Source: Pseudomonadota bacterium (lineage in GTDB: Bacteria; Pseudomonadota; Gammaproteobacteria; Xanthomonadales; SZUA-38). Taken from it: 64,000 bases of DNA. The notes beneath the pieces are model-generated. The model did not search any database and was not told the DNA's origin. It saw nothing but the letters and a program-made list of their open reading frames with translations. Location: NCBI GenBank assembly GCA_039195135.1, contig JBCCVP010000002.1, positions 11,841-75,840 on the forward strand, written 5' to 3'. Of the stretch, positions 10,160-19,106 are shown piece after piece; position 1 is the stretch's first letter; every line of letters begins with the position of its first letter. Made by a program: the position numbers and the translations under genes.

Positions 10160-11191
10160 ATGACCGTTCGTCTCACCCAGTTCAGCCACGGCGCCGGCTG
10201 CGGTTGCAAGATCGCTCCGGGCATTCTCGAGACCATCCTACGCAGTGAGCTCACCCTGCCGGATGTCCCCAACCTGATCGTGGGTCACCAGACCCGGGAC
10301 GATGCCGCGGTCTACGACCTTGGCGACGGCACCGGCGTGGTCAGCACCACCGATTTTTTCATGCCCATCGTGGATGACCCGTTCGACTTCGGCCGCATTG
10401 CCGCCACCAACGCAATCAGCGACATCTACGCCATGGGGGGCACCCCGCTGGTGGCCATCGCCATCCTGGGATGGCCCGTCGATAAGCTGGATGCCTCCGT
10501 GGCCCAGCGCGTGGTGGACGGCGGTCGCCAGGTCTGCGCAGACCTGAATATGGCCCTGGCCGGCGGCCACAGCATCGATTCGCCGGAGCCCATCTTTGGC
10601 CTGGCGGTGACCGGTCGGGTCACCCTGAAGCACCTGAAGCGAAACACCGGGGCCCGGCCGGGTGATCGCCTGCTGCTGACCAAGCCGCTGGGCATTGGCA
10701 TTCTGACCACGGCGGAAAAGAAGGGCCTGCTGACATCGCAGCACCAGGGCCTGGCCCGGGACGTGATGTGTCAGCCCAATCGCGGAGGCCAGCATTTGGG
10801 CCCAGTGGACGGCGTCACCGCCATGACGGATGTGACCGGGTTTGGCCTCGCCGGGCATCTGCTGGAAATGCTGGCCAAGGGGGCGCTTCAGGCTCAGATC
10901 CACTTGGACCAGCTGCCGCTGCTGGCCGGCGTAGAGGATTATCTCAATGCCGGCGCCAGTCCCGGCGGCAGCCACCGAAACTACGCCAGCTACGGCTATC
11001 AGCTTAGCCCCCTGACCGATCACTGGCAGCAGATGGTATGCGATCCGCAAACCAGCGGCGGACTGCTGCTCTCGGTGGACCCGCAGGCGGTGGAGCAGGT
11101 CACGGAGATCCTCACGACCCACGGCGCCGGCGCCGACGTGATCGGCGAGGTGGTCCCGGCCGGGGACGGCGCGACCATCCACTTCTCGTGA
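10160..11191 (+). CDS. selD: selenide, water dikinase (selenophosphate synthetase), Cys-type
   Basis: Start re-called to ATG 10160. N-terminus [20 protein letters not shown] matches the SelD active-site loop, with Cys rather than an in-frame TGA. AIR-synthase-like body with DAAV, TTDFF and GGHSID. Confidence 0.93.
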   Translation: MTVRLTQFSHGAGCGCKIAPGILETILRSELTLPDVPNLIVGHQTRDDAAVYDLGDGTGVVSTTDFFMPIVDDPFDFGRIAATNAISDIYAMGGTPLVAIAILGWPVDKLDASVAQRVVDGGRQVCADLNMALAGGHSIDSPEPIFGLAVTGRVTLKHLKRNTGARPGDRLLLTKPLGIGILTTAEKKGLLTSQHQGLARDVMCQPNRGGQHLGPVDGVTAMTDVTGFGLAGHLLEMLAKGALQAQIHLDQLPLLAGVEDYLNAGASPGGSHRNYASYGYQLSPLTDHWQQMVCDPQTSGGLLLSVDPQAVEQVTEILTTHGAGADVIGEVVPAGDGATIHFS

Positions 11192-12273
11192 GCTACACCC
11201 GGGACGACTACGAGCAGCTCCTGCTCGACGGCACGCCGCTGCTCGACGTGCGGGCCCCGGTTGAGTTTGCGCGGGGGGCCCTGCCGGGGGCGGTGAACCT
11301 GCCACTGCTCAACGACGCCGAACGTGAAGCGGTGGGTATTCGCTACAAAAACGCCGGGAACGATGCCGCCGTGGCCCTGGGCCACGAGCTGGTGACCGGC
11401 GCGGTAAAGCAGGAGCGTGTTGGCGCGTGGCTGGCGTATGCCCGGCAACACCCGGCAGCGTCGCTTTACTGCTTTCGCGGCGGTCAGCGATCGCAGATTG
11501 CCCAGGCCTGGCTCGCCGAAGCGGGCTGCCAGCTGCCGCGCGTCGCCGGCGGGTACAAAGCGGCGCGGCGTTTTGTGCTGGAGCGTCTGGAGTCGTTTTG
11601 CCGCGACGTGCCGATCACGGTGCTCGGCGGCTACGCCGGCAGCGGCAAAACCGACGTCATCGCCGACCTGCCGGACACGGTGGATCTCGAAGGTCTTGCC
11701 AATCATCGCGGCTCAGCATTTGGCCGGCGCGTTGGCGGTCAGCCCACCACCATCAACTTTGAGCACGAGCTCACGCTCGCCTGGCTGAAGCTCGAGGCGA
11801 GCGACGCGGGCCGGGTGATGATGGAAGACGAAAGCCGGCTGGTAGGGCGCCTGTCGCTGCCGCCGACGCTGTGGGAATCACTGACTCAGAGCCCCGTTGC
11901 AGTGCTGAATGTGCCTTTTGCCGAGAGGGTTGAGCGGATCATCCGCGACTACGTGGTCACCAATCTGGCGGACTGGGAGGCGAGCGGCGCGGAGGATGCC
12001 CGGGAGCAGTTTGAGCAGGGCCTGCGCGACAGCCTGGATCGGGTGCAAAAACGCCTGGGCGGCGCGCGCCACCGGCAGCTGAGAGACGCGCTGGATGGTG
12101 CGCTGAAAACACAGCGGGCCAGCGGCGGGGTGACGCAGCACGGCGCGTGGGTCGAGCCGCTGCTGCAGGAATACTACGACCCGATGTATCAGTATCAGAT
12201 GGAGCGCAAGGCCGAACGGGTCGTGTACGAGGGCACCCCGGCCGACCTGCAGGACTGGTGGATCAGTCGCTGA
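11188..12273 (+). CDS. selU: tRNA 2-selenouridine synthase
   Basis: GTG 11188 overlaps the selD stop (GTGA). Rhodanese domain with [12 protein letters not shown] (active Cys). P-loop [11 protein letters not shown]. The track ORF from 11038 is an Arg/Gly-rich artefact upstream. Confidence 0.9.
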   Translation: MSYTRDDYEQLLLDGTPLLDVRAPVEFARGALPGAVNLPLLNDAEREAVGIRYKNAGNDAAVALGHELVTGAVKQERVGAWLAYARQHPAASLYCFRGGQRSQIAQAWLAEAGCQLPRVAGGYKAARRFVLERLESFCRDVPITVLGGYAGSGKTDVIADLPDTVDLEGLANHRGSAFGRRVGGQPTTINFEHELTLAWLKLEASDAGRVMMEDESRLVGRLSLPPTLWESLTQSPVAVLNVPFAERVERIIRDYVVTNLADWEASGAEDAREQFEQGLRDSLDRVQKRLGGARHRQLRDALDGALKTQRASGGVTQHGAWVEPLLQEYYDPMYQYQMERKAERVVYEGTPADLQDWWISR

Positions 12274-12943
12274 CGCGCAGGGCAAACCGCTCCCGCCAGG
12301 GCCGTTCGTCGGCAAAGGACACGGCGATGTGCGTAACCCGCCCCAGTATCCGATCCTCGCTGGCAAAACCCCACTCCCGCGAGTCTTTGCTGTTGTTGCG
12401 GTGGTCACCCATCATGAAGTACCGGCCCGGTGGCACGACATAGCGCCGCTCGCCCGGGCGGATCGGCCGCTCGGCGGAGTAATAGATGCTGTACTCACGA
12501 TCCCCGAGGCGCTGCGTCGCGGCGATATCGCCGTCCGGCTGCCGCTCGAAACGGGTCGGGAGCCGCTGCCCATTCACCCAGACCTCAGCCCCGCGAATCA
12601 TCACCTGGTCCCCCGGCACGCCGATCACGCGCTTGATGTAGACGTCGTCGGTGTGGGGCGGAAGAAACGTGACGATGTCGCCGCGCTCGGGGCTGCCCCA
12701 GCCGGGCAGCCGCCGATTGAGCAGCGGGATGGAAGGTCCGTAGCTGAATTTCTCCACCCAGATGTAGTCGCCGGGGAAAAAATTGGGCTCCATCGACGTA
12801 CTCGGAATGTGGGACCAGTCCGCCACCGCCGTGCGGAAGGTGGCGATGCCCACCAGCACAAACAGCGTCGGCAGGTGGTCTTTGAAGCGCTGACCCCAGG
12901 TTCTTTTTGCCGACACTTGGGGACTGGCTTGCTTTGACGTCAT
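12263..12943 (-). CDS. lepB: signal peptidase I
   Basis: Catalytic boxes IPSTSMEPNF (Ser), IKRVIGVPGD (Lys), GDHRNNSKDSREWGF. Single N-terminal TM helix. Confidence 0.9.
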   Translation of the reverse strand: MTSKQASPQVSAKRTWGQRFKDHLPTLFVLVGIATFRTAVADWSHIPSTSMEPNFFPGDYIWVEKFSYGPSIPLLNRRLPGWGSPERGDIVTFLPPHTDDVYIKRVIGVPGDQVMIRGAEVWVNGQRLPTRFERQPDGDIAATQRLGDREYSIYYSAERPIRPGERRYVVPPGRYFMMGDHRNNSKDSREWGFASEDRILGRVTHIAVSFADERPWRERFALRVSD

Positions 12944-12996
12944 GACGGGAATGCCCTGCTACCGGTGACCGTAGGACCGGGCGCGGCGCCGAAGGT

Positions 12997-13758
12997 TCAA
13001 CCCGCCCGGGGTCGCGGCACCAGCGCCAGCTGCCGCGACTGGCAGACAAGCTGGTCGCTTTCATCCCACAGCTCCACCTCTTCCTCCAGCAGGCCGTACT
13101 GTACGAAGCGCGTGCGTATCCGGGCCCGGAGCCAGCCCGGCGCCGGCACCCCTCGCGCGTGGACCGTCAGTTCCACTGTAGGAACCCAGTTCACCGGCAG
13201 CTTTAGATCAAACACCGGCGGCGGGAAACCGTCGGCCATGATGGGCAGGTCCTTGAGCGCTACAGTATCGGTACCCGGCAGAGGGCTGATCCAGCAGGCG
13301 TAGTCGCCTCGACCCGAGGGTTCGCCGGATAGAAAGAACTTAGCGGCCGGATCGGTTCGGATCTCGACCTTGCGAAAAAACGGACTGGCCATCGGCGGCA
13401 CCGTCGCCTGGCGACATTCGCTCAGCGGCGGCAGGGCCGGCGGGCCGGAGGCGGCAAACCGGGCCAGACCTTCGGCCTCGGGTTTGTCGCCAAACGCGCC
13501 GAGCAGCCGCAGCGCCGGCTTGCCGTTGAATTGCATTTCGGCCCCAACGGTCGCGAGCATGCGGCCCTCTTTGATGATCTCCGTGACCACCTCCGCCTCG
13601 CCGAAGGAGACCGGCCGGAGGAAATGACCGGTGAGGCTGAGGGCGCAATCGCGCTGGCACGCGGCGGCCATAGGCTCGAGCGCCAGCATCATCAGCACCC
13701 CGCCGTTGGTATTGCCGCCGATGTCCCAACCTTCGGGGACGGATACGGTGTGCTTCAT
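12997..13758 (-). CDS. thioesterase-family protein (acyl-CoA thioesterase-like double hot-dog)
   Basis: N-terminus WDIGGNTNGGVLMMLAL is typical of the TesB-like 4HBT_3 family. Start ATG 13758 overlaps the upstream stop (ATGA). Confidence 0.7.
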   Translation of the reverse strand: MKHTVSVPEGWDIGGNTNGGVLMMLALEPMAAACQRDCALSLTGHFLRPVSFGEAEVVTEIIKEGRMLATVGAEMQFNGKPALRLLGAFGDKPEAEGLARFAASGPPALPPLSECRQATVPPMASPFFRKVEIRTDPAAKFFLSGEPSGRGDYACWISPLPGTDTVALKDLPIMADGFPPPVFDLKLPVNWVPTVELTVHARGVPAPGWLRARIRTRFVQYGLLEEEVELWDESDQLVCQSRQLALVPRPRAG

Positions 13759-15167
13759 ACGATCGCGGCGGCAGCCCGCTCGCCGGACTCCATCGCCCCC
13801 TCCATGCCGGAGGCGGTGAGCGCGGTATGCTCGCCGGCAAAATGTAACCGCGCCAGCGGCTCGCGCAGCGCGTTCGACAGCCGCGCGGTCTGGCCCGGGG
13901 GCCAGTAGGCGTAGGCGCCGCCGTTTTCCGGCTGCTGCGCCCAGGAAAAGCGCCGAACGTAGGACACCCGTCCTTTCAGCGACGGCCGGATCCGGGGCAT
14001 TTCCGTCTCCACCAGCGTCCGCACCTCGCCCTCGCTCAGGTTATCGATGGCCGCGGAACGCGTGCCGTTGATCCAGATCTTGTACCCCACCAGTTCGCCT
14101 GCCGCGTCCACCCGGGGAAACCAGCGTTCCAGCGGCGTGTCGGTCCACATGGTGGCCGGCATTTCATCGTCATCAAAAAACCGGCCCTGCGTATCGACGT
14201 AAACGTGGCTGACGCGGGTGTAGGGCACGGCAAAGATGGCATCCCGCTGGGCTGCGCTCAGCGGCGCTTCGATAGCCACGTCGCGCAGCGCCGGGAGCGG
14301 CAGGGTGCAGATGGCATGGCCGGCCTGCCAGCGGCGGCCGTCGGCGGTAACCGCGGTCACGCCGGTGCTGTCCTGACTGATCGAAGTCACCCGCGCCGCG
14401 TATTCAATCGGCGAGGTCAGCGCCGCGGCCATCGCCTCCGGCAGCAGGCTGCTGCCGCCCTGAATCTGGGTCGACCGTTGGCCGCGGAACAGCACCTGGT
14501 TGCGCCAGGTGCGAATCACCGACGCGGTGCCGAGACCGTTGTTATCGGCGTTGACATTCATCAGGCGCAGCGCCTCGGGGGATGCGCCAGCCTGTTTCAG
14601 AGCAAGATGCAGCGACTGATCCTGTGGACTAAATGCCTGGCTGGCCCAGTCCTCGGTGCCCTGGAGCGGATTCAGCGGTGCCAGCACGTGGTGCATCAGG
14701 CGGAAAGGCGGCACCTCCCGCAGCGATCCGGTCAGCGGGTTTGCCGGTGACCCGGCCCAATCGGCGGAGTTCAGCGTGGCGCCGTTTACGTGCAGCGCCA
14801 GGCCCTCAGCGGCGGCGTCGCGGCGAAAACTCTCCATGCCGGGCTGATCTCCAAAGGCCACACCCACCCGTTTGGCCGCCGCCAGCAGGCGCGCATAACC
14901 GGTGCCGGCCTGCACCGCGCCGTTCTCCGGCTGATCCGGCAGGTCCCGGTTGGTCCAGAGGCGGCCGCCGGGCCGGTTGCGGGCTTCCAGCAGAACCACT
15001 CGGGCGCCCTTGGCTTCGAGCGCCGCAGCGGCGGCCAGGCCGGACAGACCGGCGCCCAGGATCAGCACGTCGGTCTGCTGGGGCACCGATCTGACAGCGC
15101 AGCCCAGCGGCCCCAGCGTGGCAGCACCGGCTAACCCGGTGATCAGTGTGCGGCGGCGAATCTGCAT
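13755..15167 (-). CDS. flavin monoamine oxidase family protein with twin-arginine signal
   Basis: MQIRRRTLITGLAGAATLG is Tat-like. FAD fold VLILGAGLSGLAAA...LEARNRPGGR. C-terminal FAGEHT motif. Confidence 0.85.
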   Translation of the reverse strand: MQIRRRTLITGLAGAATLGPLGCAVRSVPQQTDVLILGAGLSGLAAAAALEAKGARVVLLEARNRPGGRLWTNRDLPDQPENGAVQAGTGYARLLAAAKRVGVAFGDQPGMESFRRDAAAEGLALHVNGATLNSADWAGSPANPLTGSLREVPPFRLMHHVLAPLNPLQGTEDWASQAFSPQDQSLHLALKQAGASPEALRLMNVNADNNGLGTASVIRTWRNQVLFRGQRSTQIQGGSSLLPEAMAAALTSPIEYAARVTSISQDSTGVTAVTADGRRWQAGHAICTLPLPALRDVAIEAPLSAAQRDAIFAVPYTRVSHVYVDTQGRFFDDDEMPATMWTDTPLERWFPRVDAAGELVGYKIWINGTRSAAIDNLSEGEVRTLVETEMPRIRPSLKGRVSYVRRFSWAQQPENGGAYAYWPPGQTARLSNALREPLARLHFAGEHTALTASGMEGAMESGERAAAAIV

Positions 15168-16594
15168 CAGCTGCCCTCCCTCATCGCGTCAATGGGACGC
15201 ACATCGCCCCGGTTTACAAACAATGCCTTGGTCCGCAGAAAACGGGTGAGGCCGGTGGGGCCCATGCGTGAGGCGCCCAGGCCGGATTCACCGAACGCGT
15301 TTTTTTCCGACTCAAAAATCATGGTGGTGAGACCGGCGTCGTTGATGCTCACGGCGCCCACGTTCATATGCTGGGCCACGTCCAGGCACTGGGTTTCGTC
15401 GGCGCCAAACACGCAGCCGGAGAGGCCGTAGATCGAGTCGTTAGCAAGCGCCACCGCTTCGTCCACCGAGTCGAAGGCCATCACCGGCAGCACCGGGCCA
15501 AAAGTTTCCTCGCTCATCAGCGCCATGTCGTGGTCAATGCCAGACACCACCGTTGGCGCAAGCCAGCGCCCGCCGCCATGATGCTGGATCTCGCCGCCGC
15601 AGTGAATGGTGGCGCCGGCCGCCACCGCCGCCTCGAGCTGCGCCGCGACCTTGTCCGCCTGGGGCGCAAAAATAAACGGCCCGAGATGACCCTGGTCCGG
15701 ATCGGGGTGCGTCAGCTCGACGGCCCGCGCCTTGTCGACCAGCATGGTGAGAAACGACTCGTATACGCTCCGGGCCACGTAGATGCGCTCGATGCTCTGG
15801 CACGCCTGGCCCGTGGCCACCACGCTGGCGCGCAGCAGGGCGGTGGAGGCTCGATCAAGATCAGCATCTTCAAGGACAATAGCGGGGTCCTTACCGCCGA
15901 GTTCCAAAAACGCAGGTATAAAGTTGCGCGCTGCCGCTTCCCCCACCTTGCGACCCGTCGCCACGCTGCCGGTAAACACCACGGCGGACACCTGATCCAC
16001 CAGCGCCTGACCAGTCTCCGCCGCGCCGGGGGTAAACGCCAGCACCCGCGCCAGCCCCGGCACCTGGGTGAGCGTATCGTTGAGCGGCTCAATAAACCGC
16101 GGCGTCACCTCACTGGGCTTGATCATGACCGCGCAGCCGGCGAGCAGGGCCGGGATCGCGTCGATGAGGGAAAGGGTCAGCGGAAAGTTCCAGGGGCTGA
16201 TCACGCCGACCAGGTCGTAGGGGACCCGCTGCTCCCGTAGCTCCACCGACGGCACCGCCACGCTGGGCCGGGCCCCGGTTTCGAGCAGCGCCGGCGCCAG
16301 CCGGCACCAGTTTTCGATCGCGGCGATGGTGCCGAAAAACTCGCCCCGGGCCACCGCGCGGCGCCCCGTGTCGGCACTCAGGGCCGCCACAATCTCCGCC
16401 TCGCTATTGCGCAGCGCCTCAACCCAGGCGCTGAGTTTTTCGATCCGGCCCTGCACGCCGCCGGCGTTCCAGACGACCTGCGCCGCGCGCAGGCTGTCGG
16501 CCACCCGCGCGAGCTGATCGGCGGTGTAAGGTTCGATGTGGTAATCCACCTCGCCGGTGCGGGGATTGCGCACCTTAAGGTCAGCCTGACTCAT
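15167..16594 (-). CDS. aldehyde dehydrogenase family protein
   Basis: Start re-called to ATG 16594 with ggaga RBS. Motifs: PWNFPL, FLELGGKDP, TGQACQSIER (catalytic Cys), ETFGPV. Confidence 0.9.
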   Translation of the reverse strand: MSQADLKVRNPRTGEVDYHIEPYTADQLARVADSLRAAQVVWNAGGVQGRIEKLSAWVEALRNSEAEIVAALSADTGRRAVARGEFFGTIAAIENWCRLAPALLETGARPSVAVPSVELREQRVPYDLVGVISPWNFPLTLSLIDAIPALLAGCAVMIKPSEVTPRFIEPLNDTLTQVPGLARVLAFTPGAAETGQALVDQVSAVVFTGSVATGRKVGEAAARNFIPAFLELGGKDPAIVLEDADLDRASTALLRASVVATGQACQSIERIYVARSVYESFLTMLVDKARAVELTHPDPDQGHLGPFIFAPQADKVAAQLEAAVAAGATIHCGGEIQHHGGGRWLAPTVVSGIDHDMALMSEETFGPVLPVMAFDSVDEAVALANDSIYGLSGCVFGADETQCLDVAQHMNVGAVSINDAGLTTMIFESEKNAFGESGLGASRMGPTGLTRFLRTKALFVNRGDVRPIDAMREGS

Positions 16595-16655
16595 GAATCG
16601 GTCTCCGTTACCCTTCTGCGGCAGCCTTAGGTCGACGCCGACGCCTCCCGGGTTA

Positions 16656-17453
16656 TCAGTCGATAGGGTTCGCCGGATCGATGACAAAAATCTGGTCGTC
16701 TACCGGACCGTTGATTTTAAAGGTGTGCCAGAAAATATCGTTAGTGAGGCGACCGTCGTAATAAAGCCGCACCCGCTGCGGCTGGCGAAACCGGGGATTT
16801 TCGTGCCAGGCAAACGCCGAGTAGATCCGTTCGTGCCAGCCCCGGGGCGTGGCAAATCCCACCTGACGCACTGCGTAGCTGTCCCGGTCGATACCGAAGA
16901 TGGTGCTGCCGCCGGCGGCGTCGGTGATCTCAACGAAGTAACACGGATACCCCTCCACCTGGTCGTCCGCCAGGCGCCGGACCGAAAAGCCGGGGGAATC
17001 GGCGAAGCGGATAATGCCGAAGCCGAACGCGGCGGACCATTGGGTGGTGGCCACGGCATCTTCCACCAGGCCGGCCTCGTTGTAGGTCTTTTCGCCATCG
17101 AAAGCGATCTGGAAAACGACCTCGTTGCTGCTGCGCGCGTCAAACCGCACTTTACCGTTCGCCCGGTGGGCCGCCTCGGACACGGCGGGGAACCGTCGCC
17201 ACATGCGGTAGCGGTCTACCAGGGTTTTTTTTGCCGGATCCCCTTCCGGATACAGGGTCATGCGCCCCTCAAAGTAAAGCGTTTGCGGGCGTTTCCAGCC
17301 GTGACCGCCCGCTGCCTCCGTCGCCATGTTGACGATGTCCAGGCCCGTCTGGGCGCGCACCGCGGGCAGCGGCGCCGCGGCAAGAAGCAGCGCGAGGCAA
17401 AGCAATCGGGTCACGTTGAGGGGGCACCGGCAATAGTTATAATGTCCTAACAT
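16656..17453 (-). CDS. secreted hypothetical protein (possibly LolA-like fold)
   Basis: Signal peptide LLCLALLLAAAPLPAVRAQ. The start is ambiguous: ATG 17453 or GTG 17414. The fold suggestion is a guess from composition and length. Confidence 0.55.
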   Translation of the reverse strand: MLGHYNYCRCPLNVTRLLCLALLLAAAPLPAVRAQTGLDIVNMATEAAGGHGWKRPQTLYFEGRMTLYPEGDPAKKTLVDRYRMWRRFPAVSEAAHRANGKVRFDARSSNEVVFQIAFDGEKTYNEAGLVEDAVATTQWSAAFGFGIIRFADSPGFSVRRLADDQVEGYPCYFVEITDAAGGSTIFGIDRDSYAVRQVGFATPRGWHERIYSAFAWHENPRFRQPQRVRLYYDGRLTNDIFWHTFKINGPVDDQIFVIDPANPID

Positions 17454-17492
17454 TATATCATTTGCGCCTATCGCTTTTCGGAGGCTCTCGTC

Positions 17493-18377
17493 ATGAAATT
17501 TGCGCTCATTCTGCCATTATCCCTGTTCGCTGCCGCTGCGGCCGCAGACGGCCACGGGCTGGACCCCAACAAGCCGGCGGACGCCATAACGCTGGCGCGG
17601 AAAATCATGTGCTCGACCGAGGATGGTGCCGAGGCAACCTACTGGTGGCACGGTCGCGCCTATTCCCGTCGTATGGGGGAACGGGACAAGCTGCTGTTCC
17701 TCGTTGAGGGCATGAACGTGCGGGCCTGCACCTCCGATACCCACCCGGAGCGAGGCAACGGTTACCGGCTGGTGTCCCGGGAAATCCTGCTCTACAAGGA
17801 TCCGAAAACCGGAGAGGTTTTGAGCAAGTGGGAAAACCCCTGGACTGGCGAGGAAGTGGACGTGCTCCACGTGGCCAACGACCCGGTGAATTTTCAGTCC
17901 TACGAGATGGGCCGGGACGGCCAGGGCGCCACGTGGTCGGGCGAGTTTAAGAACGACGGCTGGTTTCAGAGCAACACCGTGCCGCTGTTTTATCCCAATC
18001 CGCTGGCCAGCGAGTTTCAGGCAGAGATTGGCGGCACCTATCACGCCACGGAGATGTTTAACTTCTTTGGCCCCAAAGAGGATCTGCTGGACCCGAACGT
18101 GAAATCCGCTGACGTCCGTGTGGGTTGGTCCCGCATGTCGGACTGGCTCCCCTGGATGAAGATGGGCGGGCGCGACGGCATGATCTATATGCACACCGCC
18201 GGATCCAAGCTGCGCAGCTGGGATGAGCTCAGCGATACGCTGAAAACGGAAATCCGTAAACATTATCCGGAATACACCAACGCGCCGCCGCTAGACGATG
18301 ACCGCCGCAACGTGACCAGCTGGTCCTACTTCCGCGACGTCCGCGCCGGCAAGGTCAAAGTCCCCGAGCGCGACTAG
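17493..18377 (+). CDS. DUF1838 domain-containing secreted protein
   Basis: Signal peptide MKFALILPLSLFAAAAAA. The segment TYWWHGRAYSRRMGERDKLLFLVEGMNVRAC resembles the DUF1838 family. Confidence 0.7.
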   Translation: MKFALILPLSLFAAAAAADGHGLDPNKPADAITLARKIMCSTEDGAEATYWWHGRAYSRRMGERDKLLFLVEGMNVRACTSDTHPERGNGYRLVSREILLYKDPKTGEVLSKWENPWTGEEVDVLHVANDPVNFQSYEMGRDGQGATWSGEFKNDGWFQSNTVPLFYPNPLASEFQAEIGGTYHATEMFNFFGPKEDLLDPNVKSADVRVGWSRMSDWLPWMKMGGRDGMIYMHTAGSKLRSWDELSDTLKTEIRKHYPEYTNAPPLDDDRRNVTSWSYFRDVRAGKVKVPERD

Positions 18378-18408
18378 CCTCGGCAGGCGTACCGAGTCGC
18401 GAGGTGCC

Positions 18409-18435
18409 GGGTCAGACCCCAAGTGGGTCTGACCC
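18409..18435. repeat. REP-like 27-nt palindromic element, copy 1 (inverted orientation; loop CAAGT)
   Basis: GGGTCAGACCC-CAAGT-GGGTCTGACCC: perfect 11-bp arms. Confidence 0.85.
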
Positions 18436-18482
18436 AGTGGCGGCGGAAACCTAGCTTTCGCGCTCGACAGATTCCTGGCTCA

Positions 18483-18509
18483 GGGTCAGACCCGCTCGGG
18501 GTCTGACCC
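18483..18509. repeat. REP-like 27-nt palindromic element, copy 2 (loop GCTCG)
   Basis: GGGTCAGACCC-GCTCG-GGGTCTGACCC: perfect 11-bp arms. It starts 74 nt after the start of copy 1 (47-nt gap between the two copies). Confidence 0.85.
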
Positions 18510-18647
18510 GGAGCGCACGCCCGCTCCGCCGACGCCTCCTCGACTCATCGTGTTTTCTTCTCGCCCTGCCGCCGCTGTGACTACCGCCACACGCCGGGCC
18601 GGGCGCACCCGCTACCCTGACGCCAGCGATCAGCCTAGGGGAATGAA

Positions 18648-19106
18648 ATGGCGACTTTTTCTGTCAATGGCCAGCGCGTTGAGTTCGACGGACCGCAGGA
18701 TACGCCGCTGCTCTGGGTACTGCGGGACCACCTGAATCTCACCGGCACCAAATACGGCTGCGGCATTGGCCAGTGCGGCGCCTGCACCGTGCACATAGAT
18801 GGGGCGGCCCAGCGCTCCTGCATGCGGCCGGTCAGCAGCGTCCAAGACACCCAGATCACCACCATCGAGGGCCTGTCGGATGACGGCAATCATCCGGTAC
18901 AGGCGGCCTGGAAAGAAATCGACGTGCCCCAGTGCGGGTACTGCCAGGCGGGCCAGATCATGGCGACGGCGGCTTTTCTCAAAACCCATCCCAACCCCAC
19001 CGACGACGCCATCGACAAAAACCTGACGAACCGATGCCGCTGCGGCACCTACGTGCGAATCCGCAAGGCGATTCACCGCGCCGCCGAACTGAGCGATTCG
19101 CCATGA
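18648..19106 (+). CDS. iorA: (2Fe-2S)-binding small subunit of an IorAB / aldehyde-oxidase-type molybdenum hydroxylase
   Basis: Two [2Fe-2S] motifs: [12 protein letters not shown] and [10 protein letters not shown]...CRCGTY. 152 aa. Confidence 0.9.
   Translation: MATFSVNGQRVEFDGPQDTPLLWVLRDHLNLTGTKYGCGIGQCGACTVHIDGAAQRSCMRPVSSVQDTQITTIEGLSDDGNHPVQAAWKEIDVPQCGYCQAGQIMATAAFLKTHPNPTDDAIDKNLTNRCRCGTYVRIRKAIHRAAELSDSP

Noticed and set aside
12263-12273. Identical-length (11-nt) convergent gene overlaps at 12263-12273 and 21318-21328, both of the form TCA-N5-TGA
   Set aside because: This is a trivial consequence of two convergent genes both ending in TGA with a small overlap. The N5 cores differ and no hairpin is formed.
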